Origin: Candidatus Poribacteria bacterium
GTDB taxonomy: Bacteria; Poribacteria; WGA-4E; WGA-3G
Direction: 5' to 3'
DNA length: 64,000 bases
Assembly (NCBI GenBank): GCA_965198235.1
Contig: OZ240248.1
Span: 3,328,001 to 3,392,000 of the forward strand
Shown here: positions 1 to 9,507 of the stretch, in pieces
Layout: each line of letters opens with the position of its first letter
Numbering within the stretch: the first letter of the stretch is position 1
The notes under the pieces: generated by a model
Database searches by the model: none
The model's input: the letters and a program-made list of their open reading frames with translations, nothing else
What the model was told of the DNA's origin: nothing
Program-made: the position numbers and the translations under genes

Positions 1-324
1 GGTCTTATCTTCGGATGGATCATTCCCTTCCCAGATAATGGCAGTTGCATCGCCGTGACCGGCTTCTGTATGCCGATCGAGGCAATTATAGCAAGCGTTC
101 AGTGTGCCTCCGTCGAACCATTTAATCTCGGCGTTAACGAAATCGTAATCGCGAACCGTATTCCATTTCTGATACCATGTCAATCGTTCCGCGATCGTTG
201 CCCAAAATGTTTCCGGATCTTGAATGGATTCGGCGTATTGTGCGTGATATGTTTCTAAACTGTTGACGTGAGCATCACCAATAGGGTAAGCAGTTTCTGC
301 CGGTGAAAAAACATTGTTAGCCAT
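1..324 (-). CDS. acsA: acetyl-CoA synthetase, N-terminal part (runs off window)
   Basis: Manual translation MANNVFSP...SIQDPETFWA...IKWFDGGTLNACYNCLDRH...AIIWEG matches the Acs N-terminus; GGAG upstream. Not in the ORF track. Confidence 0.9.
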   Translation of the reverse strand, partial: MANNVFSPAETAYPIGDAHVNSLETYHAQYAESIQDPETFWATIAERLTWYQKWNTVRDYDFVNAEIKWFDGGTLNACYNCLDRHTEAGHGDATAIIWEGNDPSEDKT

Positions 325-561
325 CTATTTTCTCCAGTACAAAAGATGTCTTGGGGCCAGTTAGATTTTCTTAAATACAAGCGAGAAGCAGAGCATTGAT
401 TTCTCGCCTTTCGGCGTTTAAGACATAGAATTTTTCTTACAAATGCGGGCAATGGTACCTGCACTGGTACTTTAGGTAAAACATACTATAGTAAAATTGC
501 AAGCATATAAACCTGCCAATCCTGAAGACGACAGTTACAATTAGATAGATAGAGGATATTT

Positions 562-1080
562 CTAGAAGAGGTAACGAGATTCTGATGACAGAATTCCATA
601 TTCTCTACATTTGTCGATTATTACTTTTCTATTTTTACAATTTTCTAAAATGTCATAATTTTCCTTCAAATCCGGAATCTTGCTAATAGAAATGCTCTTC
701 TGATCGAGTTCTTCAATGAGGATGGTTGGAACAAAGTATAGTTCAAACGCGTTATCGCCTATTGGATGAACTCCAATAACAACGTCTGAGGTTACAGTGG
801 ATTGCGTATAAGTTTTAACGTCTGATTTGTACTCTCTGTCAACGCCTCCTCTTCCTCCACCAGTAAAAGGGACTGATCGAGTCGCTGTTTTCACTTGCGC
901 GCGGATTATGTCCTCACTGTCATCTTCTTTCTTATATACGATAATGATGTCATAAGGCGATAAAGGTAGATCGACCAATGAGACGTTCTGGTACCTTTTC
1001 ATGAGAATTCCAGCAGCGATATGCTCATGGGCAAATCCATCTACTGAAGCCTGCCTGCCTCTCTCTTCTATTTTAAGCAT
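562..1080 (-). CDS. PD-(D/E)XK nuclease, probable restriction endonuclease
   Basis: E...PYDIII...RAQVKT catalytic-type motif; directly downstream of a DNA methyltransferase. Confidence 0.7.
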   Translation of the reverse strand: MLKIEERGRQASVDGFAHEHIAAGILMKRYQNVSLVDLPLSPYDIIIVYKKEDDSEDIIRAQVKTATRSVPFTGGGRGGVDREYKSDVKTYTQSTVTSDVVIGVHPIGDNAFELYFVPTILIEELDQKSISISKIPDLKENYDILENCKNRKVIIDKCREYGILSSESRYLF

Positions 1081-1098
1081 GTTTCTGCCTCTGTTCCC

Positions 1099-2436
1099 TT
1101 ATTTTTTCAAGACTAAAATCCAATCTGTGTTGATACGTTCCCCCCTGGGGACCTTAATGAAATGTTTGATGATCTCCGAACCGAAGTAAGTTTCAACCTC
1201 AAACCCAATATTTTCGGCAATTGGCATGAGGTACTTCCAGCTCTCAAATAACTGTCCCCGGATACGATTATTACCTACGACGATAATGTATCTGCCACCC
1301 TCGCGTAGGACTTTATAAACCTCGACAAGGTTCTTTCGCATATCGTCTAAATACTTGAAAGCAATGAACGCACGCCTCGGATCATCCTCGAAAATGTTCG
1401 CCATAACCCTATCAGCCTCTGGTATTCCTATCTCATGCCGGAGTTTGTAATGGCTGGCTGAAACGCTTTCCGTGCCGACGTTCTGCTTTTTCAAAGCGGT
1501 TAGTGAGTTTTGCGCGAAACCTAACCAATACATCTCCAATTGATGGGTTCTCGGATAATCAACGGCATTGACATAGGGTGGTGAAGTTACCGCAAGATCA
1601 AAGTAATTTGCTCTATATTTGATGTTCCTTGCATCCATGTCGTCTGGAAAATTGACGGTTATGTCCGATGGATAGTTTTGAGAAAATGCTATCATCTTAG
1701 GCACCTTGACCTGGAGTGCTTTCACGAATCGGTTCAATGCGTCAGAGGGGCGAACCAATTTGTTTAATTTTTTCCGAATCACGGTGCGAGTACAATTGTC
1801 ATCGGCATTGGAAACAGAACGAATGATGGATGAAAGACAGACCTTGAAGAAATCTTTAACGGTATCGTGGGTGTCAAGGGACTGTATCCGCTTTTTTAAA
1901 TAGGTTAACTCCACGAGAATTTCTTTGTTGAACCAGTTATCTCTATAAGGAAAATCTGGCAAATCCGATTCAGCGACGAGTGAAGGGCGGTAGTGGAGAA
2001 TAGCCTCCAGAAGAACTTTTTGTGCTGGCTTGAGTTCCGTTTCAACTAAAGGAGTTACCTTTACTATTGAAATGAAACGGGAAAATGGATCTACATCAAT
2101 TCCAACGGAATTCCTTCTTGAAAGAAGTGCTTCAACATTTGTGGTGCCGCTGCCCGCGAATGGATCAAGAATCTGGTCGTTTTCTTGAGAATATCGTTTA
2201 ATAAGCCAACGGGGTAATTCTGGGAAAAATTTGGCAGGGTACTTGTGCAAGCCATGCGTTAGGAAACTCTGATCGTGACTAATGAACAAAAACCTGTCGC
2301 CATCCTTCGCTGGCAAGTCGACAGGAATATCGCCATCTACTCGAACAATGCTTTCACCAAAGTCGTTTACAATTTTAGTAATATTGTCCATGTTTTTTGC
2401 GTTGCGGAACCCTTCAATCCTTACCAACGATTGCAC
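1099..2436 (-). CDS. amino (probably N4-cytosine) DNA methyltransferase
   Basis: HKYPAKF, motif I DPFAGSGTT before motif IV TSPPY; start could be the later MDNITK ATG. Confidence 0.9.
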   Translation of the reverse strand: MQSLVRIEGFRNAKNMDNITKIVNDFGESIVRVDGDIPVDLPAKDGDRFLFISHDQSFLTHGLHKYPAKFFPELPRWLIKRYSQENDQILDPFAGSGTTNVEALLSRRNSVGIDVDPFSRFISIVKVTPLVETELKPAQKVLLEAILHYRPSLVAESDLPDFPYRDNWFNKEILVELTYLKKRIQSLDTHDTVKDFFKVCLSSIIRSVSNADDNCTRTVIRKKLNKLVRPSDALNRFVKALQVKVPKMIAFSQNYPSDITVNFPDDMDARNIKYRANYFDLAVTSPPYVNAVDYPRTHQLEMYWLGFAQNSLTALKKQNVGTESVSASHYKLRHEIGIPEADRVMANIFEDDPRRAFIAFKYLDDMRKNLVEVYKVLREGGRYIIVVGNNRIRGQLFESWKYLMPIAENIGFEVETYFGSEIIKHFIKVPRGERINTDWILVLKK

Positions 2437-2442
2437 AATCGG

Positions 2443-2880
2443 TTAAGCCTGGATGATTTGCTTTCCTTCAAGTTCTTCTATTCTCCGTCGGAGTGCCTGG
2501 ATTTCTTCTCGCTGCTGGTCGCGTTGTTTGTTGTATTGATAGACGAGGAAACTCAACGGCACAGCGACAAAACCGATAATGGCGACGATTAAGGCAATGA
2601 TCAGATGTCCTTGGAAGTCTATGCGGTCCCGTAAATCCGTGATACGTTTCCCTTGTGCTTCACTTTCAAAAGTGATACGCTTCTCCAGTCCATTCTCAAC
2701 CTCATTGATGCGTTCCCCCAACCGGACCTCAACCTTATTGATGCGTTCCCCCAACCGGACCTCAACCTCGTTGACAATCTGGCGGATTTTCTCTAAATCC
2801 TCAACGCTTAATTCACCAAATACATGCCCGCTGGGGCATAAAACCACCCCGATAATAAGAGACAGTCCTAACATTTTCAT
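2443..2880 (-). CDS. hypothetical coiled-coil membrane protein
   Basis: Signal-like N-terminus, repeated VEVRLGERIN, one TM helix, C-terminal coiled coil. Confidence 0.7.
   Translation of the reverse strand: MKMLGLSLIIGVVLCPSGHVFGELSVEDLEKIRQIVNEVEVRLGERINKVEVRLGERINEVENGLEKRITFESEAQGKRITDLRDRIDFQGHLIIALIVAIIGFVAVPLSFLVYQYNKQRDQQREEIQALRRRIEELEGKQIIQA
2704..2768. repeat. 33-bp tandem duplication inside the CDS
   Basis: attgatgcgttcccccaaccggacctcaacct twice with period 33. Confidence 0.9.
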
Positions 2881-2926
2881 CAGAGATTTTCCATACTTGA
2901 TCTAATAGATACTCTATACTTTACGA

Positions 2927-2955
2927 ATTATAGCACAATTACTGAGCGTCCGCAA
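2927..2955 (-). promoter_or_regulatory. sigma70-type promoter for the 2880-562 operon
   Basis: TTGCGG-17-TATAAT with extended TG on the minus strand. Confidence 0.6.
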
Positions 2956-2963
2956 CGTAATTT

Positions 2964-3689
2964 TTAGCGTGGAAGAGTGACAGCCACTACATCCATTGTC
3001 ATCGCGACGAGCCAGTGAATTGCCGCACCGTAGAGAAACGAACGCGTTTCCAGAGCAAGTACGCCGAGCAATACACTCGCAATGATTGAACCGAGTGCCT
3101 CCGGTAGCGGCTTTGAATAGTGCATCACTGCAAATGGGATGGTCTGAATTAAAAGAGTATAGTTCCCGAATTTCCGTTCCAGTCCGAAGAGCATAAACCC
3201 ACGGAAAAAGAATTCCCACGAAAACATGTAAACACCGTAGGCGAGTTGATAGGGTAGGAACGCCTGCCAACTACTTGCCACTACCTTGCTGAGTGGATAC
3301 TTTGCTACGAAGGGCGGGTACACGATGACGGCGAGAATAATCACGGGTATCATCAGAAACCATGCCGTTCCTGTTATGCTCCACCCGAGTTTCTGATTAC
3401 CGAGTTGGAATCCGTAGTCCTTCAACCGTTCCTTTGTTCCGAATTTCGCAACGAGTGCCGGGACGAGTAACAACGTGCCTGCTGTCGTCAAAAACCAGTA
3501 ATAGTATGGGTGGCTCTCTACCAATGGAACGTTGCTAAAGTATTCTGCGAAGTGGCGTTTAAAAAAGCTCCGTCGGCTATAATACCTGTGCAACATTAGC
3601 AATAGCGCAGAAGCCAGCAAAATAACAGTTGTCTGTTGTTCCCAACCGCGTAGATATTTCTCTTTTAAGCTTTGGATACGGAAATTCAT
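2964..3689 (-). CDS. CPBP/Abi (CAAX-like) intramembrane protease
   Basis: WEFFFRG, FAVMH, H near C-terminus, multiple TM segments; start trimmed to MNFRIQ. Confidence 0.85.
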   Translation of the reverse strand: MNFRIQSLKEKYLRGWEQQTTVILLASALLLMLHRYYSRRSFFKRHFAEYFSNVPLVESHPYYYWFLTTAGTLLLVPALVAKFGTKERLKDYGFQLGNQKLGWSITGTAWFLMIPVIILAVIVYPPFVAKYPLSKVVASSWQAFLPYQLAYGVYMFSWEFFFRGFMLFGLERKFGNYTLLIQTIPFAVMHYSKPLPEALGSIIASVLLGVLALETRSFLYGAAIHWLVAMTMDVVAVTLPR

Positions 3690-3690
3690 C

Positions 3691-3719
3691 TTGACATCCA
3701 GTAGATTTTGGGGTATTAT
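3691..3719 (+). promoter_or_regulatory. sigma70-type promoter
   Basis: TTGACA-17-TATTAT upstream of the 3803 gene. Confidence 0.75.
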
Positions 3720-3802
3720 ACCATCACTCGTGGAATTTAACAATAGGCTGTTTAAAGGGGATTCGGTCTGCAATGTCCAATCCGAAGGTATAAGAGAACA
3801 GG

Positions 3803-4819
3803 ATGGTGTCAACTGAACAAATCGAACGCATCTTAATCATCAGACTCGCGCCTCTGGGCGAAACGGTTTTAACAACGCCTGTCATTCGTGCCTTACGTCA
3901 GCATTTTCCAGATGCCTATATTGCTTATATGGTAGCACCGACACGAGAGGATTTAGTGTCCGCAAATCCACACCTGAATGAGGTTCTTACCTATCAGGCT
4001 TCGGTGCCGAAACTCATTTATCAAATTGCTCGGCGAAAATTCCAAATGGCGGTTGTGTTACAACCAACGTTTCGTCTCGTCTTTCACGCATTTCTTTCCA
4101 GAATCCCGTTCCGCGTAGGATTTGAAACGAACGCCGGGGGGAAGAAATTGTTGAATCTTGCAGTCCGGAGTAACACCTTACAGCATGAGACGCAACGTTA
4201 TCTTGATGTCGTTCGTGCACTGGGTGTTGAAGTCGTAGACAATGAACCGGAAGTGTTTGTGGATAGTGCCAGCAACGCGTGGGTGAGCAATTTTCTTGAA
4301 GATCGAAAGCTGAATGACGGCAAACACATTATCGGTCTCAATCCGGGTGCCGCGACCGCTTACCGTCGCTGGCACATAGCGAATTTTGCGGCTCTCGGTG
4401 ATCGCCTACATGAAACATACGGCGCACATATTATTATCACGACCGGACCGCGGGAAGGTGAATTAGCAGATCAGATGATGGAGTTGATGGCACATTCACC
4501 GGTTATTGTCAATCAGGCGACCCCGATACAACTTGCGGCACTTCTGCAACGGTGTAATCTATACATCAGCAACGATACGGGACCGATGCACCTCAGTACT
4601 GCCGTGAAAACACCGACGGTTGCCTTGTTTGGAGCTTCTAATCTTATCCAGTGGGCACCCCCATGGGACAGACATGCAGTGGTAGCGCGCAAAGAGTGTT
4701 CGTTTATGAAAACACTATCGTCCAAAGAGTGGGACGCACATCCCGATCGCGCACGCGAGAATCTTGAGGCGATTACCCCAGATGCGGTTATGGCGACAGT
4801 GGAGGAGCTCGCATGGTAA
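3803..4819 (+). CDS. GT9 glycosyltransferase (heptosyltransferase-like)
   Basis: RILIIRLAPLG, GLNPGA, SNDTGPMHL, ALFG. Confidence 0.9.
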   Translation: MVSTEQIERILIIRLAPLGETVLTTPVIRALRQHFPDAYIAYMVAPTREDLVSANPHLNEVLTYQASVPKLIYQIARRKFQMAVVLQPTFRLVFHAFLSRIPFRVGFETNAGGKKLLNLAVRSNTLQHETQRYLDVVRALGVEVVDNEPEVFVDSASNAWVSNFLEDRKLNDGKHIIGLNPGAATAYRRWHIANFAALGDRLHETYGAHIIITTGPREGELADQMMELMAHSPVIVNQATPIQLAALLQRCNLYISNDTGPMHLSTAVKTPTVALFGASNLIQWAPPWDRHAVVARKECSFMKTLSSKEWDAHPDRARENLEAITPDAVMATVEELAW

Positions 4820-6321
4820 GTTCTGAACGCAACCGAGGCGAAGTATTGGATGCACAACGCATCAAAAATTGTCTAACCGACATTCGTGGTAGGATGTACC
4901 GGCAGGCACTCTTGCAGACGATCACATCTACGTTTTTCTGTGGGCTCATTCTGCTCGCCATTCTGTTCCTTCTGAACCGAGTGGTTCTCCTATCGATACC
5001 TATATCAAAGATCAGTTGGATCGTCATGCCTGTGGCAGTGATTGTAGGCATCTGCCTCAGTTTCAAACATCGTAAGGATTTTCTGTTTGTAGCGCGGATT
5101 GTTGAGAAAAAAATGGATCTTAATGAGCGTCTCAGCACGGCACTTGGGCTCATACAACCTGATCCTCAAAGCGAGTTCGCACAACTCCAGATCCGAGATG
5201 CTGCAGAGGCTGCGACAACCTTAGACATTGTAAAAATAAGTCCATATCGTCTGCCAAAGTTCCTAAAACTGTTTCCGATTCCTGTGTTCCTGATTGGACT
5301 ATCCTTCACTATTTCACCCTTCTATGAAGTGCCACAACCACTGACGAATCCGCAGCAGCAGACATTAGGTAGAGTAATTCAAAATCTTGAAGGAGAACAC
5401 GTTGAGAATTCGGCCTTAAAGAGCCGGATCAACGACACTGTAAAAGCGTTGAAAGCCGCATCAGATCTCAATATGGCACAAAAACATCTCAGCGACTTAA
5501 AAAAAGAGGTCCGCAAGCAGCAATCGGAGCAAACTGCTATTACCGAAGCGACAGAAGCGAGTCAAAGTTTTCGCGGTATGGATGCCAGCCAACTCGCTGC
5601 AGAACTGAAAAACCTCACTGAACAGACTGAGATACCGTCTGAACTCCAAGCGGAACTTATGGAGCTCTTTGAACGTTTGGCTAAAGGGCTACCGAAAAGC
5701 GCGCTCGGTGATTCACTGGATCAGATTCAGGGCAAAGTGGTCACACCGGAGACGTTGCAAGACATCATCGCTGCCCTTGAGAAGATGGAAAAATCGACTG
5801 ACCTCGCGCAACTGGAAGCACAACTCACAGCAAGCCAGAAGGAATTGGCATTGGCAACTATTGACACTGAATCTGCAGAAGGCGGGATTGCGAATAGCGA
5901 TGGCGCACCTGGACAAGACGCGGGGACCAGCGAGGTCCAAGGGTCTCGTGAAGGTCCGTCGAATTCCGCTCTGCACTCAGAATCACAGACAGCCGAATCA
6001 GGCGGAATGGGAAGCGAAATAGACGGTAGAGATTCTACAGTACCACTGACTGGCGAGGAGACCCCGGTCCTACAGGGGGATGGAGAACAATTGACACTTA
6101 CAGCGGGTGTTTCTGGTAGTGCGGAAGGTTTCTCTCGCGTCTTTACGGGTGAGGTTACCGATGATGCGCCTGCCTATTTGCCCTTTGCCGAGGTCGTCCT
6201 CAACGCGTCGCGTGCGTATGCTGAAGCCGTAGAAAATAACCGTATTCCTGTCCGGTATCAGACACAGATTAAATCCTATTTGGAGGCAATTTCCGCAAAA
6301 AATGAAAAAGAGTATAATTAA
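4813..6321 (+). CDS. hypothetical membrane protein with coiled coils and G/S-rich tail
   Basis: 3 TM segments, LNERLSTA, C-terminal IPVRYQTQIKSYLE. Confidence 0.75.
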   Translation: MVSSERNRGEVLDAQRIKNCLTDIRGRMYRQALLQTITSTFFCGLILLAILFLLNRVVLLSIPISKISWIVMPVAVIVGICLSFKHRKDFLFVARIVEKKMDLNERLSTALGLIQPDPQSEFAQLQIRDAAEAATTLDIVKISPYRLPKFLKLFPIPVFLIGLSFTISPFYEVPQPLTNPQQQTLGRVIQNLEGEHVENSALKSRINDTVKALKAASDLNMAQKHLSDLKKEVRKQQSEQTAITEATEASQSFRGMDASQLAAELKNLTEQTEIPSELQAELMELFERLAKGLPKSALGDSLDQIQGKVVTPETLQDIIAALEKMEKSTDLAQLEAQLTASQKELALATIDTESAEGGIANSDGAPGQDAGTSEVQGSREGPSNSALHSESQTAESGGMGSEIDGRDSTVPLTGEETPVLQGDGEQLTLTAGVSGSAEGFSRVFTGEVTDDAPAYLPFAEVVLNASRAYAEAVENNRIPVRYQTQIKSYLEAISAKNEKEYN

Positions 6322-6976
6322 AATTCTAATTACTGTTGGGATCGTTGCGGCGGTTTATCTCGTGTTGAGATCCTACGGCGTAACAGACGATATTCGCTTA
6401 GAAAACGTCCCGAAAATCAAAACATGGGTGGCGAGTTTTGGGAGAATTGCCCCCTTGGTCTACATTGGGCTCTATCTGGTATCCACTGTCTTTTTCCTTC
6501 CCGGTTCTCCAGTAACTGTGCTGGCGGGTTTCGTCTTCGGACCATTGTGGGGTATCTTTTACGCTTCCGTAGCTTCTATTATCTCTGTCTCCGTTGCTTT
6601 TCTCATTGCCCGCTATGTTGCGCGCGACCTCGTTGAAGGTTGGGTCAAAGACAACGCACAATTCCGCAAAATAGATGAGCAGGTTGAAGAACAGGGATGG
6701 CGTATCTTGATGTTTACACGCTTGGTCCCGATTTTCCCATTTAACCTTCAAAACTATGCCTATGGGCTAACCAGTATTCGATTCTCCACTTATATACTCG
6801 TCTCTGCTATTTTTATGTTGCCGGGGACAGCGGTGTTTGTCCAGCTCGGTGGCGCGTTTGTGAGGGGTGAGGGCAATATTTGGAAGACGCTACTCTATCT
6901 TGGAATAGCTGGCGTGCTTATGCTCTTGCTATCTTTGATTCCGAGATTGCTACGAAAATATCAAACGAAATTGTAA
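6302..6976 (+). CDS. TVP38/TMEM64 (DedA/VTT) membrane protein
   Basis: FLPGS, RLVPIFPFNLQNYAYGLT, MLPGT. Confidence 0.9.
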   Translation: MKKSIIKILITVGIVAAVYLVLRSYGVTDDIRLENVPKIKTWVASFGRIAPLVYIGLYLVSTVFFLPGSPVTVLAGFVFGPLWGIFYASVASIISVSVAFLIARYVARDLVEGWVKDNAQFRKIDEQVEEQGWRILMFTRLVPIFPFNLQNYAYGLTSIRFSTYILVSAIFMLPGTAVFVQLGGAFVRGEGNIWKTLLYLGIAGVLMLLLSLIPRLLRKYQTKL

Positions 6977-7003
6977 TTCAGAAAAACCGATGAAACGGGT
7001 GAA

Positions 7004-8335
7004 TCACGGGTGCTTCTGAATTAACGCCGCTACCGCAGCAAATGCTTCTTCACGGGTTCGGATTTCACCGTCAAATTGACGGTCCTCAATCTCTTTTAAT
7101 AGATCTCCAATTTGCTCCCCTTCTTTCAAATGAAATTCCTGAATCAGATCGTTTCCCGTGATCAGTCTGCCCCGCTTGCAGATCGGCAGAATGTGTTCAT
7201 AGTAAGTATCAGCGATCTGTTTTAGAATTGCCGAATCAATGGGAGATGACACTGCAGAGTATAGAAGGATACCCCACCAATCGGACGCATAAGTTCTAAG
7301 AAAGCGATTTATCTGTTTCTGTGTCAATTGTGGAATTGTGTTTTTAATTTTCTTGCTTCCTGAGATGAGACATTCCATAAACTGCACCGCTTTTCGACTG
7401 AATCGAAGGCGTTCACCGATACCACCCAAATTGTCTTCCAAGAGTAGGCTAAATTTGATTAGCGAACGCTTATTGATTTTTATACTGAGTTCCTCTTGGA
7501 GATAGTGATTAATTTCCTTGCGATAAGCGTGCAGGGTCGCAGGAATTGGACTTTCCTCGAAGGTCTCAAGTGAAATCCAAGCCCGGCGAGTCTCTTTTAT
7601 AGTCGGAACGACCTGTGTGAGTAGTCCTGCTGCTTCCATTTGTTGTAAATATGGGTGTGCCTTCTTAACGTAAAAAATTTTCATCAGTTCGTCCCGGCAC
7701 CGTTCCGCCGCTACATCAGACAGCATTGACCCGTACTCTGTTACCAGATCGATTGCATTCTGGGAGATCTTGAAGTCTAATTGCGCTGCGAATCTATAAA
7801 TTCGTAGGAGTCGAACTGGATCTGCTATTACCACCTGTTTGTTCGGAAATCGGAGTAGGCCTGTCTCCAGGTCTTTTATACCGCCGCAGGGGTCAATTAT
7901 CCGAAAGGGGTTATGTTTGTGGGACTTATTTGTAAATGTCCGCGCATTTTCAAACGCGATTGCCATGGCATTAATCGTCAGGTCCCGTAAACGTAAGTCG
8001 TCAGTGAGCGATGCGGCTCGGAATTGTGCGAAATCCATGCTGAGTTGCGGGGTCTGTGAAGTGCCGTCCTGCTTAACAATCACGCGGGCTGTAGGCGGAT
8101 TTTCTTCTAAGGCGATGGCGATTGCTCCGATGTTGGCTGCAAATGCTTTGGCAAACTGGATTGCATCAGAAGCCAGCGTAAAGTCAATATCTGTCGTCTG
8201 ACGTCCCAAGAATAGATCCCTCACACTCCCTCCGACGAGATAGAGTTGCACACCTTGATCTTTTGCGAAAGCTGTGAGGGCCTGCAGGATCGGGTTGTTA
8301 AATAGTTTTTGGAGGGTCTGGGCAGTTATGTTCAT
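7004..8335 (-). CDS. class II tRNA nucleotidyltransferase (probably CC-adding type)
   Basis: LVGGSVRD...DID, RDLTINAMA, DPVRLLRIYRF, ERCRDE. Confidence 0.85.
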   Translation of the reverse strand: MNITAQTLQKLFNNPILQALTAFAKDQGVQLYLVGGSVRDLFLGRQTTDIDFTLASDAIQFAKAFAANIGAIAIALEENPPTARVIVKQDGTSQTPQLSMDFAQFRAASLTDDLRLRDLTINAMAIAFENARTFTNKSHKHNPFRIIDPCGGIKDLETGLLRFPNKQVVIADPVRLLRIYRFAAQLDFKISQNAIDLVTEYGSMLSDVAAERCRDELMKIFYVKKAHPYLQQMEAAGLLTQVVPTIKETRRAWISLETFEESPIPATLHAYRKEINHYLQEELSIKINKRSLIKFSLLLEDNLGGIGERLRFSRKAVQFMECLISGSKKIKNTIPQLTQKQINRFLRTYASDWWGILLYSAVSSPIDSAILKQIADTYYEHILPICKRGRLITGNDLIQEFHLKEGEQIGDLLKEIEDRQFDGEIRTREEAFAAVAALIQKHP

Positions 8336-8952
8336 TGGTTAACTCGTGCCTTCTGTCGTTGTGCTTTCCGTGAACGAAATAAAATCCCATCCAGATGGAG
8401 ATGCGTCGCGTAGCCGATGAAACTTGCTACATAGAACGGGAAACCGCTGCGGACGGCATCCATAAATCCTTCCCACTCTCGTAAGGCATTAAGTGAGTCT
8501 ACGAGCGTGCCCTCTGTCTCCCATGCTGAATATGCGGCATAAATCGGAATTAACAGAAACACACTGGGGAGCAAAATCATCGTAATTTTGGCATGTGTCC
8601 ATCCACGATGTTTGCTCATAATTGGGAGCATCGCGAATAGACCGAGCAGCGCAGATTCCAGATACTTTTGCAAAAAAACGATCAACACTACGTTCAGCGC
8701 AAATAGTACGGTATAAAATATTTTCTGACTCTTGCTCTTAATATCAACGTCTGGCCACAATCCGAACAGGACTGCGATGGCAAAACAGCCGATAATTTTT
8801 ACAACGTCTCTCACCGGCGGAATGGTTGGGTTCCACTCCTGTGGTACAGTATCATAAAGGATTGGAATGGCGAAGGTGGCGATGAGCGAGATGATAAAAA
8901 AAGCACTATAAACGACTAACCCGCCGATCCAGTGTTCGCGAAACATACTCAT
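8332..8952 (-). CDS. membrane metal-dependent hydrolase (YdjM/DUF2227-like)
   Basis: H near N-terminus, PDVD, HRGWTH, HLHLD; start trimmed to MSMFREH. Confidence 0.8.
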   Translation of the reverse strand: MSMFREHWIGGLVVYSAFFIISLIATFAIPILYDTVPQEWNPTIPPVRDVVKIIGCFAIAVLFGLWPDVDIKSKSQKIFYTVLFALNVVLIVFLQKYLESALLGLFAMLPIMSKHRGWTHAKITMILLPSVFLLIPIYAAYSAWETEGTLVDSLNALREWEGFMDAVRSGFPFYVASFIGYATHLHLDGILFRSRKAQRQKARVNQ

Positions 8953-9034
8953 AGGAGATAGTATAACATACTTATTATTGGAATGAAAATTACTTTTTGT
9001 CCTAATCAACGGGCATGGGTGGCTTGGATTTAAT

Positions 9035-9063
9035 TTGACTTCCAGCACAGAATGTGATACAAT
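9035..9063 (+). promoter_or_regulatory. sigma70-type promoter
   Basis: TTGACT-17-TACAAT with extended TG. Confidence 0.6.
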
Positions 9064-9124
9064 TATGTCATAATCTTTACGAATCTTGCTTTTAGCGACA
9101 GGTTTTTTGCGTGCAGTGCCGAAG

Positions 9125-9243
9125 GGTTGGTGAAGTGGTGGGAGGTTTAACATGGCTGTTGGAACCAAGAATTCAGTAAGGCGACTATCGCTTTTTTCAA
9201 GGGACCCAGTGGTGAGGTCATCGAATTTTTTGAAACACATTAG
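9125..9243 (+). pseudogene. 3' remnant of a VOC/glyoxalase-family gene
   Basis: 9181-9243 reads ATIAFFKGPSGEVIEFFETH*, a typical VOC C-terminus; upstream frame broken. Confidence 0.55.
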
Positions 9244-9280
9244 TCTTTGACCTCCAGGATTAGGCTTATTGACAATTGGC

Positions 9281-9309
9281 TTGACTGAAAAAAGGAAAAC
9301 GGGTATTAT
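9281..9309 (+). promoter_or_regulatory. sigma70-type promoter of the rimP-nusA-infB operon
   Basis: TTGACT-17-TATTAT. Confidence 0.75.
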
Positions 9310-9316
9310 GTAACAA

Positions 9317-9495
9317 TAGAGGTGGATGGGCGAGAATTGATACCCCGTTGCTTCGGCATCGGTAGGGTCGTAAAACGCAGTCCTTGGAATTCCGGTGAGG
9401 TCTTCGTCCTTGATTTACCTGTTCCTTTCAACTGTGCACTACGACATCATATAAACCGCGAAGAACCTCTACGATTAGGAGTATCGCGTTTTTTT
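9317..9495 (+). ncRNA. candidate structured leader/sRNA ending in a terminator-like hairpin
   Basis: cUUCGg hairpin, TAGAGGT/ACCTCTA long-range pair, CGCGA..TCGCG followed by a T run. Confidence 0.4.
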
Positions 9496-9507
9496 ATTTT
9501 TTATATT

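Noticed and set aside
9316-9330. Lysine riboswitch (ATAGAGGTG start)
   Set aside because: The rest of the consensus is missing and the gene context does not fit
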